From Euglena gracilis (Eukaryota), in NCBI GenBank assembly GCA_039621445.1, contig CP154954.1, positions 29,273,411-29,337,410 on the forward strand: 64,000 bases of DNA, written 5' to 3'. The position numbers were made by a program, and so were the translations under genes. Of the stretch, positions 12,201 through 22,026 are shown piece by piece (position 1 is the stretch's first letter; every line of letters starts with the position of its first letter). Under the pieces are notes generated by a model that saw only the letters and a list, made by a program, of their open reading frames with translations, searched no databases and was not told where the DNA came from.

Positions 12201-12257
12201 CACAACGATGCTTTATGTTGGACGCCGGCCGAACCCCGAACTTCTCGCCCTCCGTAA
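6223..12257 (+). CDS. Reconstructed ORF1 polyprotein (6223-7306 + 8335-8699 + 11622-12257): cold-shock domain, 2A-like motif, N6-adenine MTase, 2A motif; interrupted in this copy
   Basis: CSD motifs MATGRLSKWF...RFGFI...EVFAHESEF. GDVHPHPGP at 8526-8552. MTase WDPFASPQN..RYFS..DNA|LSQPW...WANPPF. GDVESNPGP at 11928-11954. Both junctions are in frame once each insertion plus one TSD copy is removed. Confidence 0.85.
7307..8330 (+). mobile_element. TRIM (non-autonomous LTR element) with tRNA-derived sequence in its 333-bp LTRs
   Basis: LTRs 7307-7639 and 7998-8330 (TGT...ACA). PBS TGGTAGCAGAG at 7640-7650 (initiator tRNA-Met 3' complement). PPT GGGAGGGGAG at 7988-7997. TSD GGCC at 7303-7306 and 8331-8334. 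Confidence 0.92.
7372..7444 (+). promoter_or_regulatory. tRNA-derived Pol III internal promoter (A and B boxes) in the 5' LTR; second copy at 8063-8135
   Basis: A box TAGCTTATTCGG (7379-7390) and B box GGTTCGAGACC (7423-7433) at tRNA spacing. The loop CTCGCAC is Ala-CGC-like. Acceptor and anticodon stems pair poorly. Confidence 0.75.
8700..11617 (+). mobile_element. Non-autonomous LTR element inserted in the MTase domain
   Basis: 256-bp direct repeats at 8700-8955 and 11362-11617 (about 4 differences by eye). TSD CGCG at 8696-8699 and 11618-11621. Purine tract GGGAGGGG precedes the 3' repeat. No credible coding domain. Confidence 0.85.
9928..11267 (+). mobile_element. Second TRIM-like LTR element nested in the previous one
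   Basis: 388-bp TG...CA repeats at 9928-10315 and 10880-11267. AGGAAGGGG precedes the 3' repeat. C runs on both flanks are a possible TSD. Confidence 0.75.
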
Positions 12258-12792
12258 ACGGGTCAAGGAGTTGGAGTTGGCCCGCACCCCGCCAACTCTC
12301 GAGGAACTCGTGGGCGAGTGTTCTCCTCTGACCGTCTCACGACTGCGCCTCCTCCCCTCACTCCCTGGCTGGTCCACAGACTTGCTGACGGCTTTCGAGA
12401 AGCGAGCACACCAAAAATGCTCCGACACTGAATGTTGCGACTCATTATGGGCTGCCACTGTCCGCGCTATTTTTCGACAAAACAGCTCCACGTCTTCCTC
12501 CTCCTCACCGGGCGCAACCTCCGTCTCCCGCTCCGCCACAAGGCGTCCTCTCGAGATGTCCCTCTCCACCCTTAAGGAAAGGGGTGGCCGGGTCGAGACG
12601 GAGGTGGGACCCAACGGGGTCGTCACGTGGGCTTTCCTCGGGGGAAAGAAGTTCTTCCTTTCAAAGAAGGGCGCCTTGTGGGACACATCCGAACCCCCTC
12701 CCGCAGCCTGCTTCACCTGTGGCAACCAGCATTGGTACTGGGAGTGTGAAGCACAGGGGACCAACGCCAACCCAGCCATCTCCCCCCCCTGA
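12178..12792 (+). CDS. Gag-like protein with C-terminal zinc knuckle
   Basis: Coiled-coil-like LLALRKRVKELELAR. CFTCGNQHWYWEC (C-x2-C-x3-H-x4-C) at 12709-12747. Lies just upstream of YR/RT. Confidence 0.7.
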   Translation: MPTPSYSHTTMLYVGRRPNPELLALRKRVKELELARTPPTLEELVGECSPLTVSRLRLLPSLPGWSTDLLTAFEKRAHQKCSDTECCDSLWAATVRAIFRQNSSTSSSSSPGATSVSRSATRRPLEMSLSTLKERGGRVETEVGPNGVVTWAFLGGKKFFLSKKGALWDTSEPPPAACFTCGNQHWYWECEAQGTNANPAISPP

Positions 12793-13950
12793 CGCCCCAG
12801 GCCGGGGGAGAGGGGAAATGAGCAGCACCGCCACCCCTTCCCCACACTCCCCGCAACGGCCGCCAACCCCCTTCCCCCTCCTCCCCTCTGCCCCCTGCGC
12901 TCCGGACACCTCTTCCTCACCAGGGCTGTGCACCGCCGCACCTCAGGCATCATCCCAGATTTCCGCACCGCTCTCACCTGGTCCCTTGCCCCCAGCACCC
13001 TCTCCTCCTACACCTCCCGCATCGCCACCTTTCTCCAATGGTGGGAGGACCACGCCTCGAGTTGGTCTCTACAGCCTGAGCTGGTCGAAAAGTTTCTTCT
13101 CCAACAATTGGTTGCAAGAACCGCGGCCATTACCCTCCGGGTTTTCCTTTCTGCCATCACCTTCCTGCGCTCCATTCGACTGTTCCCTTGGGACATTCCC
13201 CACGCCTGGTGGAGGGTGTCCAATGCAGCATCCAACTTGGCCCTCCGCCCATCCCGTCCCAGGACGTGGTTCTTGCTTCCGGACCTCTGCATCTGTGCCC
13301 GCGCCTGCCACACCACCGAACAAAAACGTTACCTCGCAGTTGTGGTCTTGGCCCTCATCACTGGTCTTCGCTTCAGCGAGGCCTCCCGCATTTGCCCAAA
13401 CGATTTCTCCTTCGACAACGGGTGTACATTCCGTTTCCACTGCGCCAAACGCCGACCCTCCTCTCCTCAATCCACCTCTCGCCCCCTTTCCCCCTGGGGT
13501 GCTGCATGGGCCCGTTACCTCACACTCACAGCTACAGGCCCCCCCGATAAGGCCTTCCTCCCTCCTGCCCAACTCCGGAACGGATTTTCCGAATTCACCA
13601 GGCCCCTGCTCCCACAACGGCACACCTTCCATGCCCTACGCCGGGCCAACGCCTACTACCTCTCCTCCTTGGGCCTTCCCACCGAGCACATCGGCGAATG
13701 GAGCCGATGGCGGTCCCCAGCGCTTGTTCGGCACTATGCCGGGCAACCGGCCGGTGCCTCCACCTCGGAGTTCTATACGGCTCCCTTTCCGCCGCTCGCC
13801 TTGTCCGACCTCTTCCCCGTCCGCTTCCTCGACTCAACCACAGCTTCCCTATGGGGAGCGCACCTCTCAACACCTGAACCGCAACTGCGCCTCCCTCCCG
13901 CACCAAAACCCAACAAACGGCGGCGGCGGTCCCGTGATTCGAATACCTAA
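12793..13950 (+). CDS. Tyrosine recombinase (no in-frame ATG; open from the Gag stop)
   Basis: LAPSTLSSY N-terminal motif. Catalytic set GLRFSE, CAKRR, HALRR, SRWRS, RHY. Confidence 0.92.
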   Translation, partial: RPRPGERGNEQHRHPFPTLPATAANPLPPPPLCPLRSGHLFLTRAVHRRTSGIIPDFRTALTWSLAPSTLSSYTSRIATFLQWWEDHASSWSLQPELVEKFLLQQLVARTAAITLRVFLSAITFLRSIRLFPWDIPHAWWRVSNAASNLALRPSRPRTWFLLPDLCICARACHTTEQKRYLAVVVLALITGLRFSEASRICPNDFSFDNGCTFRFHCAKRRPSSPQSTSRPLSPWGAAWARYLTLTATGPPDKAFLPPAQLRNGFSEFTRPLLPQRHTFHALRRANAYYLSSLGLPTEHIGEWSRWRSPALVRHYAGQPAGASTSEFYTAPFPPLALSDLFPVRFLDSTTASLWGAHLSTPEPQLRLPPAPKPNKRRRRSRDSNT

Positions 13951-15805
13951 TGGATGGTCCCGCGTGCGCTCGGTCATCTGGAACCTCGCCTGGACGATCT
14001 CTCGGAAACGCCTTCCGCGACCCACCACTAGAAACCGCCTCTTCCACGGCCTACGATTACTCCTAGCCGCAGCCTGGCAGCGGGCCGTCCAACTGAGCGA
14101 CCTCGCCGTTTGGCAGCGTGCCCTCCGTACTGTGAGCCTTCTGCCTACTATTCAGCTTCTTGACATTCTTGACTTTGATTACCACCCCTCAGCCCCAACC
14201 GCCCGTACCACCCGTGCCTCCCTGAACATGCCGATGACTTCCAAGGGGCTCGGGTCCCGTGGTTCCTTCCGCATCCCCACTAGCGTTTGGTCCGCCATTG
14301 TGCCCGCCTCTTTGCCCGCTAGTATAAAGGCTGCTGGTGCTGTCGAACCATTCTTGCCACACCCCCCAGATCGCTTTGCCTCAGCCATGCTGCAGCGCCT
14401 ACGAGCTGACGGCTTCCTCTTGGATTGTACGCACCTGCCCCCCAACGCCTCTTGCTTCTTACGCCCCAAATCCAACGAGAAGGCAGCCTTCATCGCTGAC
14501 CTGCGGGGAGTCAACACACTGAGCCCCTCCCCACTCCCACATTTCTCTCTACCCTCACTCCCTGAGGTTGCCACCGTTTTCTCCCGACAACCCTTCCGTT
14601 GGGGAACAGTCGTGGACCTCACCAACTTCTTCTGGTCCCTCCGTCTGCCCCCCTCTGCATCCGACTGCTTCCGGGTCGCGGGCTTGACGTGGGACAGTCT
14701 GCCTTTCGGCTGGAATCTTTCCCCGGCTCTGGCCCAGGCTACCTTGGGGCTCCTCCTGGACCAATTCCTCTTACAAGAGGGCCTCCTCCTCAAGTTCGGC
14801 CATGGCGTTCTCCTGTTCCACTATTATGATGACATCCTCCTTCTCGCCCTTCACCAGCATGAGTGCGCCCACTCCACCGACAGCCTAGTCGCCTTCCTAC
14901 GTCACAACGAACTGCTGGTTTCCCCGAAAAGTACGCTATGCCCCCAGCAGTCTCTAACCTGGCTCGGTAAAACACTCCACCTGCAGGGCGGACGGCTGCC
15001 CCCATCTGTGGCTAACTCCGAAGGCCTGCTCCTCCGCCTCACGGCACTCGCGCTCCTGCTCACATTCTGCCCTCTCACCCCGCGCACCATCGAGCGCATT
15101 ACAGGCTTCGCCATGTGGTGCCACCGCCCCCGACTGGGTGCCACACTCTTCCTCTTCGCCTTCTACCGTCTCCTATACTCCCACAGACGGTTTTGGCAAC
15201 GTTGCCCCCTGGCCGCTGTCCGCGCCTTCGCTGACCTCACCGCTCTTGCCCACCTACCGTGGAGCCCGCCACCGTCCGAGGAACCGGAAACCTGCCCCAC
15301 CACCCACACGATTGCCGGGGACGCCGCCCTTATTCGGGGTGGCTACCGGGTAGGACTCTCCCTTTCCCCCGATCAACACCGCTTGCTCCGCTGCCCCCCA
15401 GAGATCCTCACACAGCAGCAAGCTGAATTGTTCGCCTTGGACGCCGCTACACGTCTCGCGGTCCGTCTCGGTTGGTCCTCCCTCTACTTCCATGGTGACT
15501 ACTGGGGAGCCCTCTGTGCCTTACACACCCTCCGCGCCCCCCTACATTGCCCCCAATACGTGCGGACGCTCCGACGTATCTTCAACCGCCTCCTCTGGTC
15601 AGGCCTATCCGTCCACCTGTTCTGGATCCCCTCGGCTTACCAACCAGGGGACCCCATCAGCCGTATCCACTTCCCCTGTAGCACGGCCCTCCTGCGGAAG
15701 GCCATCTTGTGTGCCCAGCGCCGGTTCACAGATCTCGAGCACAACACATTACCCTCGCCTCCCCTGCCCGTCGGCACAACTTGCATCACCGCCCATCCAC
15801 GCTAG
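12818..15805 (+). CDS. Reverse transcriptase-RNase H (DIRS/YR type); N-terminal third overlaps YR in the +1 frame
   Basis: RT motifs FIADLRGVN, VDLTNFFW, LPFGWNLSP, YYDDILL, WLG. RNase H motifs AGDAA, QQAELFA, HGD, IPSAYQPGDPISR. Confidence 0.93.
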   Translation: MSSTATPSPHSPQRPPTPFPLLPSAPCAPDTSSSPGLCTAAPQASSQISAPLSPGPLPPAPSPPTPPASPPFSNGGRTTPRVGLYSLSWSKSFFSNNWLQEPRPLPSGFSFLPSPSCAPFDCSLGTFPTPGGGCPMQHPTWPSAHPVPGRGSCFRTSASVPAPATPPNKNVTSQLWSWPSSLVFASARPPAFAQTISPSTTGVHSVSTAPNADPPLLNPPLAPFPPGVLHGPVTSHSQLQAPPIRPSSLLPNSGTDFPNSPGPCSHNGTPSMPYAGPTPTTSPPWAFPPSTSANGADGGPQRLFGTMPGNRPVPPPRSSIRLPFRRSPCPTSSPSASSTQPQLPYGERTSQHLNRNCASLPHQNPTNGGGGPVIRIPNGWSRVRSVIWNLAWTISRKRLPRPTTRNRLFHGLRLLLAAAWQRAVQLSDLAVWQRALRTVSLLPTIQLLDILDFDYHPSAPTARTTRASLNMPMTSKGLGSRGSFRIPTSVWSAIVPASLPASIKAAGAVEPFLPHPPDRFASAMLQRLRADGFLLDCTHLPPNASCFLRPKSNEKAAFIADLRGVNTLSPSPLPHFSLPSLPEVATVFSRQPFRWGTVVDLTNFFWSLRLPPSASDCFRVAGLTWDSLPFGWNLSPALAQATLGLLLDQFLLQEGLLLKFGHGVLLFHYYDDILLLALHQHECAHSTDSLVAFLRHNELLVSPKSTLCPQQSLTWLGKTLHLQGGRLPPSVANSEGLLLRLTALALLLTFCPLTPRTIERITGFAMWCHRPRLGATLFLFAFYRLLYSHRRFWQRCPLAAVRAFADLTALAHLPWSPPPSEEPETCPTTHTIAGDAALIRGGYRVGLSLSPDQHRLLRCPPEILTQQQAELFALDAATRLAVRLGWSSLYFHGDYWGALCALHTLRAPLHCPQYVRTLRRIFNRLLWSGLSVHLFWIPSAYQPGDPISRIHFPCSTALLRKAILCAQRRFTDLEHNTLPSPPLPVGTTCITAHPR

Positions 15806-15831
15806 ACGCGTCGGCGCGGCACCGCACCGCG

Positions 15832-16166
15832 GGTCACGTGTGCAGACCTGATGGTTCTGTCTCGCGTCTCGCTTGTGCTTGCATGTAAGGTAACCAAAAA
15901 GTAGCGGATCACGAGATCCAAAGGATCGAGAGATGCTTAATTCACCCACCCTACCACACAGGTACTCAAACTTGAAAGGCAGCCCTCCCACCCGCCCACA
16001 ACACCACCTTACCCTCCAAACTGCCCGCCACACCTGATGTACATCGGCGTTTGAACAGTACCGTATTACATTTTTACTGGTCGTCCAGGTCACGTGTGCA
16101 GACCTGATGGTTCTGTCTCGCGTCTCGCTTGTGCTTGCATGTAAGGTAACCAAAAAGTAGCGGATC
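15832..16166 (+). repeat. Right terminus B1-A2-spacer-B2
   Basis: 79-bp B repeats at 15832-15910 and 16088-16166 flank A2 (15907-15982) and a 105-bp spacer. Confidence 0.92.
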
Positions 16167-17413
16167 TATAGGAAAAGCCTAATTTGAGGCTCCAATTCAG
16201 CACAATTTGCTTCCGCAGACTTTTGTGGGTTTCTTTGTTGCATACAATTGAGAATTGAAGTCCTCAAGAATTATTTCATTGAAGAATTGTCATTTTTGAG
16301 AATTTCAAGTTCAAAGGTCAGGTCCCACCTTTCCTCATTGACGGTGTGTCATTGTTGCCCTTTACCACCATTTCAGTGAACAAAACACCACCCTTATCCA
16401 TTCTCAATGTTTTGCATGCCGGAAGAAAGGGGGAGTGACATGGCCTCATGGGGATCAAAGTTTGGAGAAGCATTTTCATTGGAGCGGAATTTTGATTTTG
16501 TACAAGATTTCCACGAAAAAGCTAATTCGATCCTACGCACCCCCCTCTGGGCGGGGGGTATACCAGTGGGCGAAACGGGGGGTGGCCTGAGCCCTCCACC
16601 ACCCGGAAAAACACTGGGCCCTGGCCAGGGAACGGCAGCCCCAGGGGTGGGTGACGGGCAGGAGTCAGCCGGCCAGGGGGCTGGGGTTTTCTGTCCGACA
16701 CCCGCAGGGGGGGCGCCCGGGGTAGACACACAGAAGGGGGGAAAACAAAAAAAGAAAGTTGAACCAAAGTAAATGAAATTGAAGAAAAAAAGTAAATCCC
16801 AAAACGGAATTTAAGGGAATTTATTTTCAAGGAAAATGTGCAAACAAGGGAAAATTTTTAAAACCATAACGTAAAGCCCCCCCCCCCAATTCTCACCACC
16901 CTTGCAGCCCCACCCCCCCCAAATCTTGACCAACCCATGAAGGCCCCCCAATTTTTTCCAAAAGAAGGGCACACAAAAAAAAACAAATACAATTAGTCAC
17001 CAAAAAAACAAAGAGGGTATCGGGGCGTTGTCGAACCTCGTGCTTCACAAAAGAAAACATTTCCTCAATGGCGTTCAATTTTGAAAAGGGTTTGACGTGC
17101 CACATGCCCCCCCCCCAAATTGAGAACGGCTTTGTCAAACCCTTGTCGTGGAGAATTAGGGGCAATAAACAGATGGCGGTGGCCAAAGGGGGGAGAAGGG
17201 TTTGAAGCCACGGCTGGATAGAGGTAGAGGTAGAGGTGAAAGTCCTCTACCTCTATCTGACCCACCTCTACCTCTACCTATACCTCTATGTCACCTCTAT
17301 GTCCACAATAAGGGCCACAAAAGGCTCCAAATGCCTCAAACTTGGCAAATTAGCGTCTCAACACAGTTTATTTAGGTTCGGAATGAGAAAAAAAAAATGC
17401 AGATGGGTGGCTT

Positions 17414-17829
17414 CTATACACAAATTGTGGCTGAGCCCAGATTTCAGCCTGAAAACGTGTTCAGCCAGGGGGCCCCCGAAGGGGGCCCCCTGAACACGTT
17501 TTCAGGCTGAAATCTGGGCTCAGCCACAATTTGTTTAAAACGTGTTCAGAGCCCGCCAAATGAAATTCGTGGTCATGATTCACGCAAGGGGTCAAAAACG
17601 CGAATTTGTGAAATTCGGACCCAAAAAACGGCGCCCGCACTGAAAACGTGCCTGAACACAGATGCCTTCATTGAAAACGTGTCATTGCCACAAATGCCCT
17701 CACTGAAAACGTGCCTGAACACAGATGCCTTCACTGAAAACGTGTCATTGCCACAAATGCCCTCACTGAAAACGTGTTCATGACCACGAATTTTAGGGCA
17801 GGCATTTGGCGGGCTGAACACGTTTTTAA
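17414..17829 (-). mobile_element. Helentron/DINE-1-like non-autonomous element, family Y (short form; duplicate at 27265-27680)
   Basis: CTATAC end, long hairpin 17420-17534, subterminal inverted repeat TTAAAACGTGTTCAG..CCCGCCAAATG / CATTTGGCGGGCTGAACACGTTTTTAA, and central tandem repeats GCCCTCACTGAAAACGTG. Confidence 0.6.
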
Positions 17830-18547
17830 AAATTGCCATGAGAGATTTGTGACAAGAATGGCCAATTTCTGATTTTTCCCATAAAATTGCCTTCATTTGG
17901 CATAAATTTTCTTTGATAAGCCACTTTCCTTAAAAGTTTCACATTGAGGTGACATATAGTAGAGGTAGAGGTGACCTCTACCTTTACCTGTACCTCTACC
18001 TCTACCTCTACCTCTACCTCTATCGCCGGGATCGACCGGCGCGCGTAACTGCGCCCAAGGACGAGACACTGGTTGGCCGGACCTTGGGTGTAGTTCCCCG
18101 CCTGAGGGCGTGCCACGGCAAGCAGTATGAGCTGCCCCGTGGCCGTCCAACGGCGGGTGGTGACAACCAACGTATACAGGCCCCCTCCCTCATGACCAAC
18201 TCCAGATCTGCGCCGCCGGCCAGAAAACTCACGAGGCCCCCCCTGCTCGACCGACCACCTGCTGCCTCCTCACACACAGAGAACGGAGGCCTCACCTGAG
18301 AGAGAAGGACATGGACACGCTCTTCACGACCACACAACACTGGGCAATCGGACTATGTTGCCTTCGCATCTCAGGGGATGTCCACCCACATCCGGGTCCT
18401 GGGGTACCAGCTGACATCTACATGCTGTTGCCACATCACCTACGCACCGCTTGCGATGCCTTGCAGCTACCTCTCCCGGCATGGGACCCCTTCGCCTCTC
18501 CGCAGAACAACCTGGCCGCTCGTTACTTTTCGATGTCAGACAACGCG

Positions 18548-21464
18548 TGTGGGAGGGCGGCTGGCAACAGCAAAAATTAGGAAGAGCAAAGCCTAATTCA
18601 CAGAAAAAATTACTATTTCACTTTGTAGGTGGCAAAAAGCTGAATACCTTGTTCAAAACGTCTTGGAAGACTTTGTTTTGACGTCTTGCATTGGGTTTTA
18701 CTGGTGGAAGTTCCGGCGGAAGGATTACAAAAAAGTGGTATTTTGAAGCGCTGAAGCCAGAAAATCCAAGTGAATTCCCAGAAAAGAGACATCTCAGAAA
18801 ACTCAAGGTATTCTGGCTTGCCAAGGCATGTTGTTCAAGTATCAGTGAATGTACCATCGAAGAAGGACAATCAGAAGTGAAATGCAGCTGGAGCCAGCAG
18901 CAGGAGGAGGAGGAGGAAGAACAACAACCTCCAGAACCTGCAGTAAGCTGTGGTATGTACTGCTGATGGACACCCTCTTCATGCTGCAGATTGGTGATGT
19001 ATAATTTGCAGCTGGGTGTTGGATGGTTGAAAAACATTTGGAACAGATTCTGTGACAGTTTTCTGCAGTTTGTGCTTTTGTTTGGGTTGGGAGTCCGTTG
19101 CTGGAAAGTTCGGGCCACGTAGCCCCTTTTGCCACACCATTTATGGGTTGGGAGGCACTTTCCAAAAGCAAATTTGGGCCCAGCAGCCCCAGGACACACC
19201 AGGCAAAATGCACATGTCATTTCCAGTCCCAAAGTTCTGTACTGCTGTGATAGGTTGGGAGGCAAATGCTTTAGCATTTTTGGGCCCAGCAGCCCCTTAT
19301 GCCACACCACACACTGTGCAACTCAGTTTCAATTGTCCATTTGTGTTGTAAATCCTTTGGGCAGTCAATGGTACCTGATTCGGCTCGGATCAATGCACAC
19401 AATTTTGGGCAGAAGAAAGTTCAACATGTCAATGTCAAAAAAGGATTTGCAGAATCAATTGTCAGAATTTCAATGTCAATTTTGGATTTTTGAAAATGTT
19501 GGTTCCTGGCCCTGCCATTTTGTGGGTGCCGCTTCAAGGGGGCCCTGCCCTGGCATTCACATTTGGCAACCCGAGCCGGCCTGGGCTTCTGGGGGGCCTT
19601 CTGGGATAACTTGTGGTTTCTGGGGGGAAACCGCAGGTTCCTCAGATGGCGTCCCAAATGGGCCCAGGAGTGGGCAAGGGGGGGTCATGGAGGATTTGTG
19701 TTGTATTGGCTGGGATTGCTGGCAGCAGCTGCTTTACGCTTAATCGGTTTTGTTGTACATTACAGCCCCCCCCCCTGTGTGTGGCGGACAGCCTTTTCAA
19801 GATCAATCTCCAGAAATCTCTGAATTAGGCATTGCCAGAAAAAAGGGTTCAGACCAAAATCTTAAGCTGGGAATTCTGTGTTTTCATTCTGTATTTCAGT
19901 GGCAGCCTATGGCAAACAGTGTATCAGTTTGCTTGGACTTCATTGGCATTGGCAAACATCTTCAAGATTTGTTCCCCTGCTGTGCAAAAGATTTTGAAAA
20001 CTCCAGTGACGCAGTGGGAAAATGCCAGTGGAAAAGCCCAAGTTGGCAGTAGGAGACTGTCCAGCATTGCACATTACAGGTTGGCCTGGGCCAGAAGTTG
20101 GTCACCCCAAGTGTCATTGGACAAGGGCTGTCACAACACACTGAGCCGAGGACCCACCCTCACACAAACTGATATGAGCTTTGTCCAGTACAAACGATCC
20201 TGTTGGGCCACGAAGGGGATTGGCACTCAGATGGTGATCTGGTGGACTGTCATTACATTATCATTGGTGGACCACTGGCTGCAGCTGATGGCAGTACTTT
20301 GCACTGTACATTGCTGCAGATGTCATTGAAGATTGCATGTCATTGTCATTGAACTGGATATGGTGATGAGCCGTGAGGCACGTACAACAGAATCGAGCAC
20401 CGGTGGAGCATCGAGATGAGCCGTGAGGCACGTACTGGAGAAGGAGTTGGTGGTCATTTGTTGCCCTGGGCAGCCCAGTTGTTGGCATTGCCATGGGTTG
20501 TGGGTTAACCGATAAAACCCTCTGCCGTGAAGTTTTGGCATTGATGTAATGCTGTCTGCTGGAGGTGTTCTGCGGCATTAGATGTCACGGTTTGATCGTT
20601 TTCTCCGTCTTCGTCTTCTGCGTGTTTCTGTCTCTTCTCCATGTTCTGCGAGGGGCTAAGTGGCTCGTCTGTCCGCTGTGCTGCGAATGTCTGGGCAATT
20701 GCGCAGCAATTGTTCAGGAAGGGGTGTGTGTGTGGCGGACAGCCTTTTCAAGATCAATCTCCAGAAATCTCTGAATTAGGCATTGCCAGAAAAAAGGGTT
20801 CAGACCAAAATCTTAAGCTGGGAATTCTGTGTTTCATTCTGTATTTCAGTGGCAGCCTATGGCAAACAGTGTATCAGTTTGCTTGGACTTCATTGGCATT
20901 GGCAAACATCTTCAAGATTTGTTGCCCTGCTGTGCAAAAGATTTTGAAAACTCCAGTGACGCAGTGGGAAAATGCCAGTGGAAAAGCCCAAGTTGGCAGT
21001 AGGAGACTGTCCAGCATTGCACATTACAGGTTGGCCTGGGCCAGAAGTTGGTCACCCCAAGTGTCATTGGACAAGGGCTGTCACAACACACTGAGCCGAG
21101 GACCCACCCTCACACCCCCTAAAAAAAAAAACCACCCCCAGACCAAAATCCCAGATCAATGCCAGCCGCCCAACTTCGTGGGTTGTCGGCATTGGCCTGG
21201 GAGGGGTGTGTGGGAGGGCGGCTGGCAACAGCAAAAATTAGGAAGAGCAAAGCCTAATTCACAGAAAAAATTGCCATTTCACTTTGTAGGTGGCAAAAAG
21301 CTGAATACCTTGTTCAAAACGTCTTGGAAGACTTTGTTTTGATGCCTTGCATTGGGTTTTACTGGTGGAAGTTCCGGCGGAAGGATTACAAAAAAGTGGT
21401 ATTTTGAAGCGCTGAAGCCAGAAAATCCAAGTGAATTCCCAGAAAAGAGACATCTCAGAAAACT
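18548..21464 (+). mobile_element. Duplicate of the nested LTR insertion in the MTase
   Basis: Same repeats and CGCG TSD as 8700-11617. Confidence 0.85.
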
Positions 21465-22026
21465 CGCGCTCTCACAGCCATGGGAAGAAGGACCACTTCT
21501 GTGGGCCAATCCGCCCTTCGAATTAAGACACCAGGCGCTCCAAAAAGCCCTCGATTCCTCCGTGTGCGTGCTATTCTTATGGCCTCTCTTTAGGCCGGAC
21601 GACCTCCAGATGATGGCTTCTTTTTCCTCCTCCGGATTTGGCTCGCCCCTCCTGTCCCTCTTTTCTCCAGAGGACACGGATTGCCCCCCTTCCCAACCCC
21701 GCCGTGGCGCCGCGGGCTCTTCCTCTTGGATTTCCGGAGCCGGGTCACAGGCTGGATTCATGATTGCTGCCAAGATGGGGATGTGGAGTCCAATCCCGGA
21801 CCTTCCGCCGGGTCCCTGGCACTCACCGTCTCCTTTCAAGAGTTCCTCGGACCTTTCCTCACCACCTTCGTAGCTTCAGTCGACAAGACGGAGCTGGCAC
21901 TCTCCACCATCAACCTGCGGGCCCGCGCTCGCACGTGGCCGTCTGGCTGGCACTCCCCCTTCTTCCCCACCGATTTCCAAGGCTCCGAGGACGACGTCTT
22001 CGGTTCTTTGGCCGCGTACGAGCTGT

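Larger units (their letters stand above)
6125..16166 (+). mobile_element. Tyrosine-recombinase retrotransposon with split direct repeats (A1-ORFs-B1-A2-B2); gene order gag-YR-RT/RH
   Basis: A1 6125-6218 matches A2 15907-15982. B1 15832-15910 equals B2 16088-16166. GATC is shared at the left end, the B1/A2 junction and the right end. YR, RT and RNase H motifs are intact. Confidence 0.92.

Noticed and set aside
13948-13952. TAATG stop-start coupling of YR to RT
   Set aside because: The ATG at 13950 is not in the RT frame.
15840-16110. Hammerhead ribozyme suggested by CTGATG motifs
   Set aside because: No CUGANGA plus GAAA core with matching stems.
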